From Chrysomallon squamiferum (taxonomy: Eukaryota > Animalia > Mollusca): DNA of 64,000 bases. Shown here one piece after another: positions 63,001-64,000 of this stretch. Both the position numbers and the translations under genes were made by a program. The notes under the pieces are model-generated. The model did not search any database, was not told where the DNA came from, and saw only the letters and a list, made by a program, of their open reading frames with translations. The first letter of the stretch is position 1. Each line of letters begins with the position of its first letter. Location of the stretch: contig CM022665.1 in assembly GCA_012295275.1 (NCBI GenBank), positions 27,652,001-27,716,000 of the forward strand, in the 5' to 3' direction.

Positions 63001-64000
63001 GATCACTGTAAACAAATCAGAATATGAATACAAAACAAGCAAAATATAAATAAAAATTAATGAAAAAAAAAAAAACAATCACATTTTTATATATACACAC
63101 ATGAAATTAGTGTAATTTCCAAATAAATGTCTGATTTTTATTTTATTTCAGAACATAGTTTGTTTTTATGACACTGAACTTTTAACTACTACACAACAAA
63201 GATTATAACATCACTGAAATCACATTACTTTGTGCATACATAGCAAATTATTAGTGATTGAAACATTTTCAAAATTTTGTTTGTTATGAACTCTGTAATA
63301 TATGTTTATATATCTTTTCATAGGTGAGTGGATTATTTGCAATAAAACTAAATTATACTTAGTTAGTAAACTGTACAATTCTGTTCAGACTGGATAATGA
63401 CATTTAAATGAGTCAGATTAACATTTCCAGCATTTTTACATTTGATATTTCATTAAAAAAAAAAAAAAAAGTTGTTGTTGTCGTTGCTGTTGTTTTTTAA
63501 AAGGGATGTTAATTTAAAAAACAAACAACAAACAACAAAACAATTAAACAAACACTTTATCCTTCAAAACTCTCTCACCCAGAAAAAATCACTATATAAT
63601 CAAAACAAAATAAGATAACAGATACAACTATACATTTGATATTAAGCATCAGTGATTCACTAGTGCTCACTTTGTCTTTTCTTCTGCCTCTCTGTACGCA
63701 GATCAACACTAATAATATTTTTTTTTTGTTATTTCTTGTATACACAGCATCCAGTTTGTCATTAAAAAAAATAATAATAAATAAATAAAATTTAATATAA
63801 TAAGAAAATAAGCAAAATAAATAAAAATAAAATAATAAAAAATATAAACTCAAAAACACACACACACAAAAACAAACACTAATCAGCACATATTTTCCTG
63901 CAAAGATCAGCAGGGATACAGTCAAGTCTTTTTCTACCACGTGGCAAACACAAAGACTCCAAAACCATTAGGATGTTTTCTCAGTTCTTTCTTATCCAGC

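Overview
AT-rich, microsatellite-dense eukaryotic DNA with GT-AG introns, probably invertebrate (a lophotrochozoan or mollusc is my guess; not provable from sequence). Most long ORF-track calls are simple-repeat artefacts. The real content is a tandem cluster of four divergent ionotropic glutamate receptor / Ionotropic Receptor (IR)-like genes, reconstructed by hand exon by exon with consistent phases and no internal stops. Gene A (+, 2515-11746) lacks its first exon in this window. Gene B (+, 14651-26297) has 11 exons, 710 aa. Gene C (+, 29515-39914) has 11 exons, 707 aa. Gene D (-, 43691-56350) has 13 exons, 796 aa, and is convergent with C. Main observations: (1) A and B are a mosaic of near-identical tracts over the ligand-binding clamshell and M3 gate, interleaved with strongly diverged segments, which suggests gene conversion; (2) each paralog has a different pore-loop apex (RQG, RQD, KHY, SHG), three with a hard-coded basic residue at the Q/R-equivalent site; (3) the agonist pocket has lost the glutamate side-chain contacts; (4) the N-terminal domain shortens stepwise across paralogs; (5) a copy of the D 3' flank lies just upstream of B. 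No searches were run, so orthology and novelty are unverified.
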